From Bacteroidia bacterium (GTDB lineage Bacteria; Bacteroidota; Bacteroidia; M30B66): a DNA stretch of 64,000 nt. Location: the NCBI GenBank assembly GCA_965279035.1, contig OZ257142.1, forward strand, positions 1,632,001 through 1,696,000. The letters run 5' to 3'. The translations under genes and the position numbers were made by a program. The notes under the pieces were generated by a model. That model searched no databases. It had not been told where the DNA came from and saw only the letters and a list, made by a program, of their open reading frames with translations. This document shows positions 10,361-18,659 of the stretch, piece by piece (position 1 is the first letter of the stretch; every line of letters begins with the position of its first letter).

Positions 10361-11419
10361 TTATTCGTGCATAACGATAAATCGTTCTTGCTGCTGTTTG
10401 CCATCTGAACCTTGGATGCTTAGCCAATACGTGCCATTTGCTAAATGCTGGGTGTTTAATTGGAAATTTTCAAACTCATGCAGGGCTATTTTCTGGATTA
10501 ATCTACCCGATAGATCATTCAGAAATAATAGGGCTCCAGGTTTAATAGCTGAACTTTGAATGGTGAGTGAGGTGTTGGATGGATTTGGGTAAATGTGAAT
10601 TAAACTCTGTTTTTCAATTTCATTAATCACTACCGCACTATCACAATTGATACTATCCAAACACACCAATGAAATATTATCTAAAAGACCATATGAATCT
10701 GATGATTCTCCTCCTCCATTAGATCTAATCCATCCAAATTCATAGGTAGTTTCATTGTGATTCTTGAAATTACCGATTGTCAGATAGTTTCCGACTACTT
10801 TGGCAATAAATTCTTTGGAATAATGCATCCAGTTTGTCGAGTCAGATTGAAGTAATTCATCAAAGTAAACTATCGCAGAATCAAGTAAATTCGGGAAATA
10901 GTGTTCATTTACATAGGAAGCTGAATCTGGAATATTGATACTATCTCCAGAAAATCCCAAACCTAGATAATTACACTTATAAGAATTATATTCACCAAAG
11001 ACGAAATCAAACGATAACCTGTATTTCTTTCCTGTAAAAACTGGTTTTGATAACACTGTTTGAATAAATTCTCTATCGAACCCTTGTTCGGTAAATCCAC
11101 CAAGCCCTATACCTGCGTAACCATTTCCTGAATCAGGTTGCTGATAACCTTGAAAACTCCAAGGAACACTTAATGGCATTTGAGCACAGATTTGAAACAA
11201 ATCTGGAGAGCAGAATCGACTTGTATCACCTTCCCATACAGGATTTCTCCAACCAACTGCAAATTGCACTGAAGAAGCCCTTACACCGGATGAAGTAGGA
11301 AGTATATAGGGGCATTCGTGCAATACTTCAAACGATCCATTCTGAATCAAATTCACCTGTGCTATTCCACCTCGGCAGTTAATCAATAAAAAACAGGCTA
11401 AGCAGAATTTCAACTTCAT
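10361..11419 (-). CDS. T9SS type A sorting domain protein (carbohydrate-binding-like beta sandwich)
   Basis: Signal peptide; NLIQNGSFE...SPDLF...YLTIGNF; CTD IYPNPS...LANGTYWLSI...RFIVMHE. Confidence 0.8.
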   Translation of the reverse strand: MKLKFCLACFLLINCRGGIAQVNLIQNGSFEVLHECPYILPTSSGVRASSVQFAVGWRNPVWEGDTSRFCSPDLFQICAQMPLSVPWSFQGYQQPDSGNGYAGIGLGGFTEQGFDREFIQTVLSKPVFTGKKYRLSFDFVFGEYNSYKCNYLGLGFSGDSINIPDSASYVNEHYFPNLLDSAIVYFDELLQSDSTNWMHYSKEFIAKVVGNYLTIGNFKNHNETTYEFGWIRSNGGGESSDSYGLLDNISLVCLDSINCDSAVVINEIEKQSLIHIYPNPSNTSLTIQSSAIKPGALLFLNDLSGRLIQKIALHEFENFQLNTQHLANGTYWLSIQGSDGKQQQERFIVMHE

Positions 11420-11495
11420 TGGTGTAGTTTGAATATTATGGATTTGAATTTCATGCTGTTTCAGGTGTATAACAATAATACAAAATAGTACTCAT

Positions 11496-11600
11496 CCCGC
11501 GACAGGGATTGCAGCCATTACCGCTTTTGAACCGAAGGTGAAAATTAGTAGAGGCGGAAAGCCCGGTGCTTTTGGAGTGAAGCAGAAAAAGGAGGCGCCC
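11496..11600 (+). ncRNA. Flavo-1-like structured repeat/RNA motif
   Basis: GGG-ATTGCA-GCC ... GGC-GGAAAG-CCC internal-loop stem followed by GGCGCCC; similarity to Flavo-1 is from memory, not a covariance search. Confidence 0.5.
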
Positions 11601-11641
11601 TAGGTTAGTACTAAGATTTATGTATTAAGTATTAAGAAAGG

Positions 11642-11732
<91 letters not shown>

Positions 11733-11836
11733 TGTCCTTGCCTAAAATAGGTTGACTTTTTATTATCACTTTCTACTTTGTTAAAGTAGTTTATTGTTTG
11801 TTGTTTTAAGTTTCTTTTTTGGTTCTTTTTTCTTTG

Positions 11837-12703
11837 TTAAGAAGTTGTATTTCTGTTGATATTTCCTGAATTCCAGTTATATATGGTCATAGAAGGATTT
11901 TGATTTCTTTGGTTATTCACTTTTTCATATTCAGTAGGTGTTAGCATGCCTAATTCACTGTGTGGTCGTTCATTATTGTAAAGATCCATTGCCTTTTTTG
12001 CCATCTCATTGAGATTGCTTTTGGTTAGATTCCATTGAAGTAAGTACTCGTTTTTTATGATGCCATTTATTCGTTCAACATAAGCATTTTCTTGTGCTAT
12101 TGACGCCATACTGATTCGTATTCCTTTGCTTTTTAGCATCTCTTTATGCATCGTGCTGATGTATTGTGAACCTCGATCAGAATGAAAAATGCAATTATCT
12201 AAATCGTGCCCTTTCCTTATTTTAAAGGCTTTTCTAAGTGCTTTGATATTTTCCTCCGCTCTTAAGCTTGGAGACAGATGTAGAGCTAATAAGCGCCTTG
12301 AATAGACATCTTCAATACAGATTCCATAATGATGTGCATGCTCTACATCGAGATAAAATATGTCAGATTGCCAAAGCATATTCACATCATTAATCGTTAT
12401 TCCATTTATCAGATTGTCATATATCTCAACGCGTTGAGACCAAGTCGTTCGTATTGGATTTCTCTTCTTCTTAACCTTATATCCGTACCTAAAACCAATC
12501 CGCTCAAAAGCATCCCTACCTATTGGATGGCGTTGTGGATCCATAAAATAGATCTTTCTACAACCCATTTGGCGATGATTATGACGCACTTTTGATATGT
12601 AACGAACGATACTTTCTTCCACCTTTAATTGGTCGCGACTTCGTCTTTCACTCTTCCAAAGTGCTTGCTTACTAAGGCCTGCCACTTCTAACAGACTCTT
12701 CAT
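11837..12703 (-). CDS. IS3-family transposase OrfB (rve integrase core, DDE)
   Basis: WQSDIFY, IFHSDRGSQY, ENAYVERINGIIKNEY, YNNERPHSEL. Confidence 0.95.
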   Translation of the reverse strand: MKSLLEVAGLSKQALWKSERRSRDQLKVEESIVRYISKVRHNHRQMGCRKIYFMDPQRHPIGRDAFERIGFRYGYKVKKKRNPIRTTWSQRVEIYDNLINGITINDVNMLWQSDIFYLDVEHAHHYGICIEDVYSRRLLALHLSPSLRAEENIKALRKAFKIRKGHDLDNCIFHSDRGSQYISTMHKEMLKSKGIRISMASIAQENAYVERINGIIKNEYLLQWNLTKSNLNEMAKKAMDLYNNERPHSELGMLTPTEYEKVNNQRNQNPSMTIYNWNSGNINRNTTS

Positions 12704-13122
12704 TTTGTACCCGTGCTTTTGTCCTTTTGTGGATCGGAACCAGAGTAAGGCTGGTTTAATAAATTTTTTTTTAAATCAGTTTGGAACTCCTCATTTGCTA
12801 ACTCAATGACCTTGCTCAATAAATCAAGTTCCATCTGTTTTCGGCCCAATGCGGCTTCCAATTCACGGATGCGCTGCTCAAGCTCTTTGCTTTTGTATGA
12901 TTCGCTTTGCACTTCCACTACTAAGATTTTTCCTCTCTTCAAATATCGACTATATTGATAAATCCATCGATAAACTGAAGTTATTGTTACTCCTAGTTCC
13001 TGGGCTACTTTAGATACTGAAGCCACTCCGGATTCAATATCCTTAACTGTTTGACGCTTTAATTCTTCACTAAAAACTCTTCGTGGCCGAATTACTTCTT
13101 TGCGATTTAAATGCTTTTTCAT
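12700..13122 (-). CDS. IS3-family transposase OrfA (HTH)
   Basis: FSEELKRQTV...VAQELGV..TSVYRW HTH and coiled coil; ATGA overlap with orfB. Confidence 0.92.
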   Translation of the reverse strand: MKKHLNRKEVIRPRRVFSEELKRQTVKDIESGVASVSKVAQELGVTITSVYRWIYQYSRYLKRGKILVVEVQSESYKSKELEQRIRELEAALGRKQMELDLLSKVIELANEEFQTDLKKNLLNQPYSGSDPQKDKSTGTK

Positions 13123-13263
13123 GTCCCGTTTTTTAAGTTGATTTTGGTCAACCTATTTCAGTCACGGACAAGTAAAAAGTAGAAAGGAGAAAGTGTTGCT
13201 AGGTGTTATAAATCAGCAGTTCAGTAAAATCTTAATACTCTATACTCTTTACTTATTACTCTG

Positions 13264-14523
13264 CTAGCATCTTTCTGCTATGGCATTTCCGGCGACGAAG
13301 CCGCTCGACCAGGCGTGTTGGAAATTGAAGCCTCCGGTGATGCCATCGACGTCGAGGATTTCGCCGGCGAAGAAGATTCCAGGGAGTTTGCGCGACATGC
13401 AGGTTTGTGAATCGATTTCTTTAAGGGAAATGCCGCCACAGGTGACAAATTCGTCTTTAAAGGTGGTTTTGCCGTTTATTGGATAGGCGTCGGCGCATAA
13501 GGTGGTGATGAGTGCGTTGAAGGATTTGGAAGAAATATCGGCCCATTTCATATCGGTTGCAATGCCGGCACGGTCGCAGAGTGCGTCCCATAAACGTTGA
13601 GGTAAAGCGTCGAAAATGCGTGAATGAACCTGTTTCTTTGCAGAGGAGATGCGCAGTTTTCTTAGCCATTCACGTACTTCTTCTTCGGTTAATTCGGGAA
13701 GCCAATGGATGCGAATGGTTGTTTGATAGTTTTTTTGCTCCAATTCGCGCGCTCCCCAAGCAGAACAGCGCAAAACAGCTGGTCCGCTAAAGCCCCAATG
13801 GGTAATGAGCATGGGACCGGTTTCTTGCAATTTGCTGCCATCGACCCGAATGCGAACGGTTGCTGCCAAGCCCATCAAGTCCTTGAGCGGATGATTGGGA
13901 ATGTTAAACGTGAATAAACTTGGAACGGGATCGACCACCTCAAAACCTAAATCCATGAGCCATTGAAATCCTTCTTTTTTAGGATGTCCGCCACTGGCGA
14001 TGAGGATATTTTTGCACGTCAACGTTTGTTTATCGGTGACCAAAGTAAACCCAGTTTCGAGCGGTGTTATTTGCTCCACACTTTCTTGCAGACTGATTTT
14101 AAGTCCCAATGAATCGGCTTCGTTCATCAAGCAATCGATGATGCTTTGTGAAGAATCCGAAACTGGAAACATACGTCCATCTTCTTCGGCTTTTATAGCC
14201 ACGCCGCGTTCTTCGAACCAACGAACGGTGTCGTCTTGTCCAAATTGATGCAACAAACGAAACACATGTTTCTCGCCTCGCGGATAGCGTTTGGAAAACT
14301 CTTTTTTGTCGGACAAACTATTGGTCACATTGCATCTTCCGCCACCCGAAACCTTGACTTTCGCCAGCAATTTAGCCGATTTCTCAATTAACAATACACG
14401 TACTTTGGGTTTTCGACTCAAGGTTTGAAGTGCCCCGAAAAATCCAGCAGCTCCTCCACCAATCACCACTAAGTCGAAAGTATATTCAGCTGTTTTTTTG
14501 CTCATTACATTATTCATTAACAT
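13264..14523 (-). CDS. HI0933/BaiN-family FAD-dependent oxidoreductase
   Basis: IGGGAAG, KVKVSGGGRCNVTN, EFVTCGGI, GITGGFNFQHAWSSG; start may be 14505. Confidence 0.92.
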   Translation of the reverse strand: MLMNNVMSKKTAEYTFDLVVIGGGAAGFFGALQTLSRKPKVRVLLIEKSAKLLAKVKVSGGGRCNVTNSLSDKKEFSKRYPRGEKHVFRLLHQFGQDDTVRWFEERGVAIKAEEDGRMFPVSDSSQSIIDCLMNEADSLGLKISLQESVEQITPLETGFTLVTDKQTLTCKNILIASGGHPKKEGFQWLMDLGFEVVDPVPSLFTFNIPNHPLKDLMGLAATVRIRVDGSKLQETGPMLITHWGFSGPAVLRCSAWGARELEQKNYQTTIRIHWLPELTEEEVREWLRKLRISSAKKQVHSRIFDALPQRLWDALCDRAGIATDMKWADISSKSFNALITTLCADAYPINGKTTFKDEFVTCGGISLKEIDSQTCMSRKLPGIFFAGEILDVDGITGGFNFQHAWSSGFVAGNAIAERC

Positions 14524-14613
14524 CTATTAACATTTCACATGTTCAGCGAACGGCGAAGTTCTGTATTTTTAAATGTTTTCATTGTTTTTCATTTTTGTTT
14601 CTGATTATCAGTT

Positions 14614-14650
14614 AAACTCTCGGTCTTCCCGCCGGGAGTTTTTTATTTTC
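14614..14650 (+). terminator. Intrinsic terminator-like hairpin in a divergent intergenic region
   Basis: AAACTCTCGG-loop-CCGGGAGTTT followed by a T tract. Confidence 0.6.
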
Positions 14651-14797
14651 TGTGGATGAAGGCAATTTTCGAATCCCAATCAGAGCTTGAATCTAAGTCA
14701 AGAGCATCCATTAACATACGAATTGTTCCTGTTTTCAAGTGATTGAAAAAAAGCAGAACTCAAAATCATTCCTCATCCGAACAAGTCTTTTTTTCCG

Positions 14798-14805
14798 TAC
14801 GTTTG
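14798..14805 (+). promoter_or_regulatory. sigmaA -7 element (TACGTTTG) for sucD
   Basis: TAnnTTTG match about 24 nt upstream of ATG 14829. Confidence 0.6.
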
Positions 14806-14828
14806 CCCCCGAAATTTCGAACATACTC

Positions 14829-15701
14829 ATGAGCGTTTTAGTCAACAAAAACAGTAAAATCATAGTACAAGGATTTACCGGTAGCGAAGGAACATTTCAC
14901 GCCGGACAAATGATCGATTACGGTACACAGGTAGTTGGTGGAGTAACTCCAGGAAAAGGAGGAAGTTCTCATCTTGACCGTCCCGTTTTCAATACAGTAG
15001 CCGAAGCGGTTTCTAAAACAGGCGCTGATGTGTCTATCATTTTCGTTCCACCAGCATTTGCTGCCGATGCGATTATGGAAGCTGCCGATGCTGGAATTAA
15101 AGTGATTATCTGCATCACCGAAGGAATTCCGGTGAAAGATATGATCATGGCGAAGGAATATTTGAATGGGAAAGAGTGTCGCTTGATTGGACCAAATTGT
15201 CCGGGAGTGATTACTCCAGAAGAAGCGAAAGTGGGCATTATGCCAGGATTTGTGTTTAAGAAAGGGAAAGTGGGAATTGTTTCTAAATCGGGAACATTGA
15301 CTTACGAAGCTGCCGATCAAGTGGTGAAAGCCGGAATGGGAATTTCTACAGCGATTGGAATTGGTGGAGATCCGATTATTGGAACGACTACTTTAGAAGC
15401 TGTTCAACTATTGATGGCTGATCCAGAAACTGCCGGTATTGTTATGATTGGCGAGATTGGTGGAAATTTAGAAGCTGATGCTGCTCGTTGGATTAAAGCT
15501 AACGGAACTAAACCCGTTGTAGGATTTATTGCTGGTAAAACGGCTCCTGCTGGTCGTCGTATGGGTCACGCCGGTGCTATTGTTGGCGGTGCAGATGATA
15601 CAGCCGAAGCAAAAATGCGCATCATGCGTGAATGTGGAATTACGGTAGTTGATTCGCCTGCAGTCATTGGTATTACTATGGCTCAAGTGCTTAATAATTA
15701 A
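14829..15701 (+). CDS. sucD: Succinyl-CoA synthetase alpha subunit
   Basis: QGFTG, GGVTPGKGG, IGPNCPG, RMGHAGAI phospho-His motif; true start MSVLVNK. Confidence 0.97.
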   Translation: MSVLVNKNSKIIVQGFTGSEGTFHAGQMIDYGTQVVGGVTPGKGGSSHLDRPVFNTVAEAVSKTGADVSIIFVPPAFAADAIMEAADAGIKVIICITEGIPVKDMIMAKEYLNGKECRLIGPNCPGVITPEEAKVGIMPGFVFKKGKVGIVSKSGTLTYEAADQVVKAGMGISTAIGIGGDPIIGTTTLEAVQLLMADPETAGIVMIGEIGGNLEADAARWIKANGTKPVVGFIAGKTAPAGRRMGHAGAIVGGADDTAEAKMRIMRECGITVVDSPAVIGITMAQVLNN

Positions 15702-15724
15702 TTGATTCTAACTAACCTTCTTTT

Positions 15725-16110
15725 CGGTTGAATTAACAGTTTATTATTTCATATCAATCTATGAAATAAGGCTGTTAAAGCATCTTATCATTCAATCATT
15801 CATGATTGTCTACGACGTGTTACTTTCTTGTCTTGAAACAAGAATTAACCAACGGCGAAGCCCTCATGAGTACCTTTGAAAAATAAACACTTGCGAATAA
15901 AGAAGTTCAAGTCTGGACGATGCTGCTTGCGCGCAGTTATATTCACTAAACGACCTCACCCCCAACCCCTCTCCTCGAGGAGAGGGGAGCTTGATTGTCC
16001 TAAATGGAAAGTCCCTCTCCCGTGGAGAGGGATTTAGGGAGAGGTCAACGCTGGGAAACACACCCTCGCCGCCCAGACATAGCCTTCGAACTGATCCGTT
16101 TCTAAACCTA
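15725..16110 (+). repeat. Dispersed modular structured element, copy A
   Basis: Colinear blocks shared with the reverse complement of 60346-60631, including an identical 31-mer GAAACACACCCTCGCCGCCCAGACATAGCCT. Confidence 0.9.
15952..16050. repeat. Inverted pair of CCCTCTCC/GGAGAGGG REP-like hairpins nested in copy A
   Basis: GACCTCACCCCCAACCCCTCTCCTCGAGGAGAGGGG and an inverted partner ending GAGAGGTCAACG; same family as the 10.1-10.3 kb hairpins. Confidence 0.85.
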
Positions 16111-16326
16111 AAAATAGGTTAATATAATTTTATATAATAGTCATCTACTTACCTTGAGAATTGGACTTGTTATAAGAATCAATGAAGAATAATATTAAAT
16201 TTTAAACTGCTCAACAGGTTATAACTTTTATAATTAATGCCTGTTCTTATCCATCGTGTTTTTCTATTTCTATAAGTCACCAAGTAAACGCGTTTTTTGA
16301 CGTTACTTTGCACCTTACATACTACC

Positions 16327-17679
16327 ATGACAACATCTTTGGAAGCGCTTTCACCCATCGACGGTCGATATTTACGCTATACCACTTCATTACGCGCTTA
16401 TTTTTCTGAACTCGCTTTGTTTAAATATCGGGTTCAGGTTGAAGTAGAATACCTCATTGCTTTATCGGAAATTGGATTGAAGGGATTTGAACCGTTTTCG
16501 GATTCGGAGAAGCAGCAGCTTCGATTGATTTATCAAGGATTTGGAAAGGATCATGGTGCCGCGATTAAGGAAATTGAGAAGCGTACCAATCACGATATTA
16601 AGGCGGTTGAATATTTCATCAAGGAACAGCTGGAACAACTTGGATTAGGGGCGAAAATGGAATGGGTACATTTCGGATTAACCTCGCAGGATATCAATAA
16701 CACCGCAATTCCACTTTCGATGAAAGAAGCGGCTGAGCAAGTTATTTTCCCCGCTTTAGAAGAATTATGTGCTGAGTTGAAAAAGCTTGCAAACACTTGG
16801 AAAGACTTGCCGATGCTCGCTCGTACACACGGACAGGCGGCTTCACCCACTACTTTAGGAAAAGAGATTTACGTTTTTGCCGAGCGAATTGAGATTCAAA
16901 TTCATCAATTAAAGCAAACTGTTTGGGCGGCAAAATTTGGCGGTGCAACTGGGAATTTCAATGCGCATCATGTGGCTTTTCCTACGACCGATTGGTTGAA
17001 TTTTGCCCATGGATTTGTGAGTTCGCTTGGATTGTCGCGAAGCCGCACCACGACTCAGATTGAGCATTATGATCATCTGGCTGCATATTGCCAGAATATG
17101 ATGCGTGTGCACACCATACTCATCGATTTTTGTCGGGATATTTGGATGTATATCTCGATGGAATATTTCAGTCAGCGAGTAAATCCGGGTGAGACGGGTT
17201 CTTCGGCCATGCCACATAAAGTGAATCCGATTGATTTCGAAAATGCCGAAGGAAATTTGGGAATTGCGAATGCCTTGTTAGATCATTTTGCTCAAAAGCT
17301 TCCTATTTCTCGACTTCAGCGCGATTTAACGGATTCAACCGTGTTGCGAAATATCGGAGTTCCATTTGCGCATAGTTTAATTTCGATTCATTCGATTCAG
17401 CGTGGATTAGGGAAACTTTTATTGAATGAATCAGCCATTGCAGCCGATTTGAATCATCATACAGCGGTGATTGCCGAAGCCATCCAAACCATTTTGCGTC
17501 GCGAAGGATATCCTCAACCATACGAAGCGCTGAAAGGTTTAACACGAGGGAATAACACGATTGATTTACCACTCATTCACGAATTCATCCGAAACTTAAA
17601 TGTGAGTGATTCCGTGAAAGCGGAATTGTTTCAAATTACTCCAGCCAATTACACCGGAATTATTCGATTCGAGGCATGA
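16327..17679 (+). CDS. purB: Adenylosuccinate lyase
   Basis: ALSPIDGRY, TNHDIKAVEY, GSSAMPHKVNPIDFENAEGN. Confidence 0.96.
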   Translation: MTTSLEALSPIDGRYLRYTTSLRAYFSELALFKYRVQVEVEYLIALSEIGLKGFEPFSDSEKQQLRLIYQGFGKDHGAAIKEIEKRTNHDIKAVEYFIKEQLEQLGLGAKMEWVHFGLTSQDINNTAIPLSMKEAAEQVIFPALEELCAELKKLANTWKDLPMLARTHGQAASPTTLGKEIYVFAERIEIQIHQLKQTVWAAKFGGATGNFNAHHVAFPTTDWLNFAHGFVSSLGLSRSRTTTQIEHYDHLAAYCQNMMRVHTILIDFCRDIWMYISMEYFSQRVNPGETGSSAMPHKVNPIDFENAEGNLGIANALLDHFAQKLPISRLQRDLTDSTVLRNIGVPFAHSLISIHSIQRGLGKLLLNESAIAADLNHHTAVIAEAIQTILRREGYPQPYEALKGLTRGNNTIDLPLIHEFIRNLNVSDSVKAELFQITPANYTGIIRFEA

Positions 17680-18548
17680 AAGTAAGCGGTTTCACCTTTA
17701 TCCGGAACGCTGTAAAATTCGATTATCCGGTTGTTGAAGCGATTACTTCTGTCTTGCCGATGGTGGATGAATTTATCGTCATGGCGGGCAATTCGGAAGA
17801 TTGTACTAATGAATTAATTGCCTCTATTCCTTCCGATAAGATTAAGATTTTCCACTCGGTTTGGGATGATCGTTTACGCAGCGGTGGCCGAGTACTAGCA
17901 TTAGAAACCGATAAAGCCATGGAGCACATTTCGGTTGATAATGATTGGGCTTTTTACATTCAAGCCGATGAGGTGGTGCATGAAAAATACCATGCTCAAG
18001 CTCTTGAAAGTATGCGACATTGGAAGGATGATAAACGTGTTGAAGGCTTGCTTTTTAACTACACCCATTTTTATGGATCGTACGATTTCATTGGCGATTC
18101 GAGACGTTGGTACCGGAAAGAAGTACGCATTATTCGACCGCATATTGGTGTTCAATCTTGGAAAGATGCGCAAGGCTTTCGGATTGATGGCAAACCATTG
18201 AAGGTAAAGGAAAGCGGAGCTAGTATATATCATTACGGTTGGGTGAAGCCACCGGAACAACAACAAGCCAAGCAAGAATATTTTCATAAACTCTGGCACG
18301 ACGACCAGTGGATGAAAGAGAACATTCCCGACGTAGCTGAATTTGATTATTCGAGTATTGATTCGGTGGCTCGATTTGAGGGCACTCATCCATCGGTGAT
18401 GCAAGCCCGAGTTGACCGCCAGAACTGGAAAGTAAACATCGATCCAGCTAAGAAGAAGCTATCATTTCGTTATCAATTCTTGTTGTTTATCGAGCGACTT
18501 ACAGGATGGCGCGCGGGTGAATACAAGAACTACCGAATCCTGAAATAG
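17676..18548 (+). CDS. Glycosyltransferase family 2-like protein
   Basis: GFTFIRNA, WAFYIQADE, IYHYGWV; ATGA overlap with purB. Confidence 0.8.
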   Translation: MKVSGFTFIRNAVKFDYPVVEAITSVLPMVDEFIVMAGNSEDCTNELIASIPSDKIKIFHSVWDDRLRSGGRVLALETDKAMEHISVDNDWAFYIQADEVVHEKYHAQALESMRHWKDDKRVEGLLFNYTHFYGSYDFIGDSRRWYRKEVRIIRPHIGVQSWKDAQGFRIDGKPLKVKESGASIYHYGWVKPPEQQQAKQEYFHKLWHDDQWMKENIPDVAEFDYSSIDSVARFEGTHPSVMQARVDRQNWKVNIDPAKKKLSFRYQFLLFIERLTGWRAGEYKNYRILK

Positions 18549-18635
18549 CGATTTTTTCCAGTTATCGACTAAGTTTCAAACAGCACTGTTCATATTCATT
18601 TGCTGTTTCGACTATGTTCCGCTTGGTGCTTTTCG

Positions 18636-18643
18636 TAGGTTTG
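18636..18643 (+). promoter_or_regulatory. sigmaA -7 element (TAGGTTTG) for purL-radC-meaB
   Basis: TAnnTTTG match about 17 nt upstream of ATG 18660. Confidence 0.6.
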
Positions 18644-18659
18644 CAAACCGATCTTCGTC

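Larger units (their letters stand above)
11733..13170 (-). mobile_element. Complete IS3-family insertion sequence (1438 bp)
   Basis: TG...CA ends; imperfect IRs TGTCCTTGCCTAAAATAGGTTGAC / TGTCCGTGACTGAAATAGGTTGAC; 3-bp AGT duplication (11730-11732, 13171-13173); orfA plus orfB. Confidence 0.92.

Noticed and set aside
14739-14828. Extended N-terminus of sucD
   Set aside because: Contains the promoter -7 box; the family starts at MSVLVNK
15864-16061. 65-aa ORF with PSPRERD/PSPRGEG
   Set aside because: Translation of the REP doublet inside the dispersed element; not conserved in copy B
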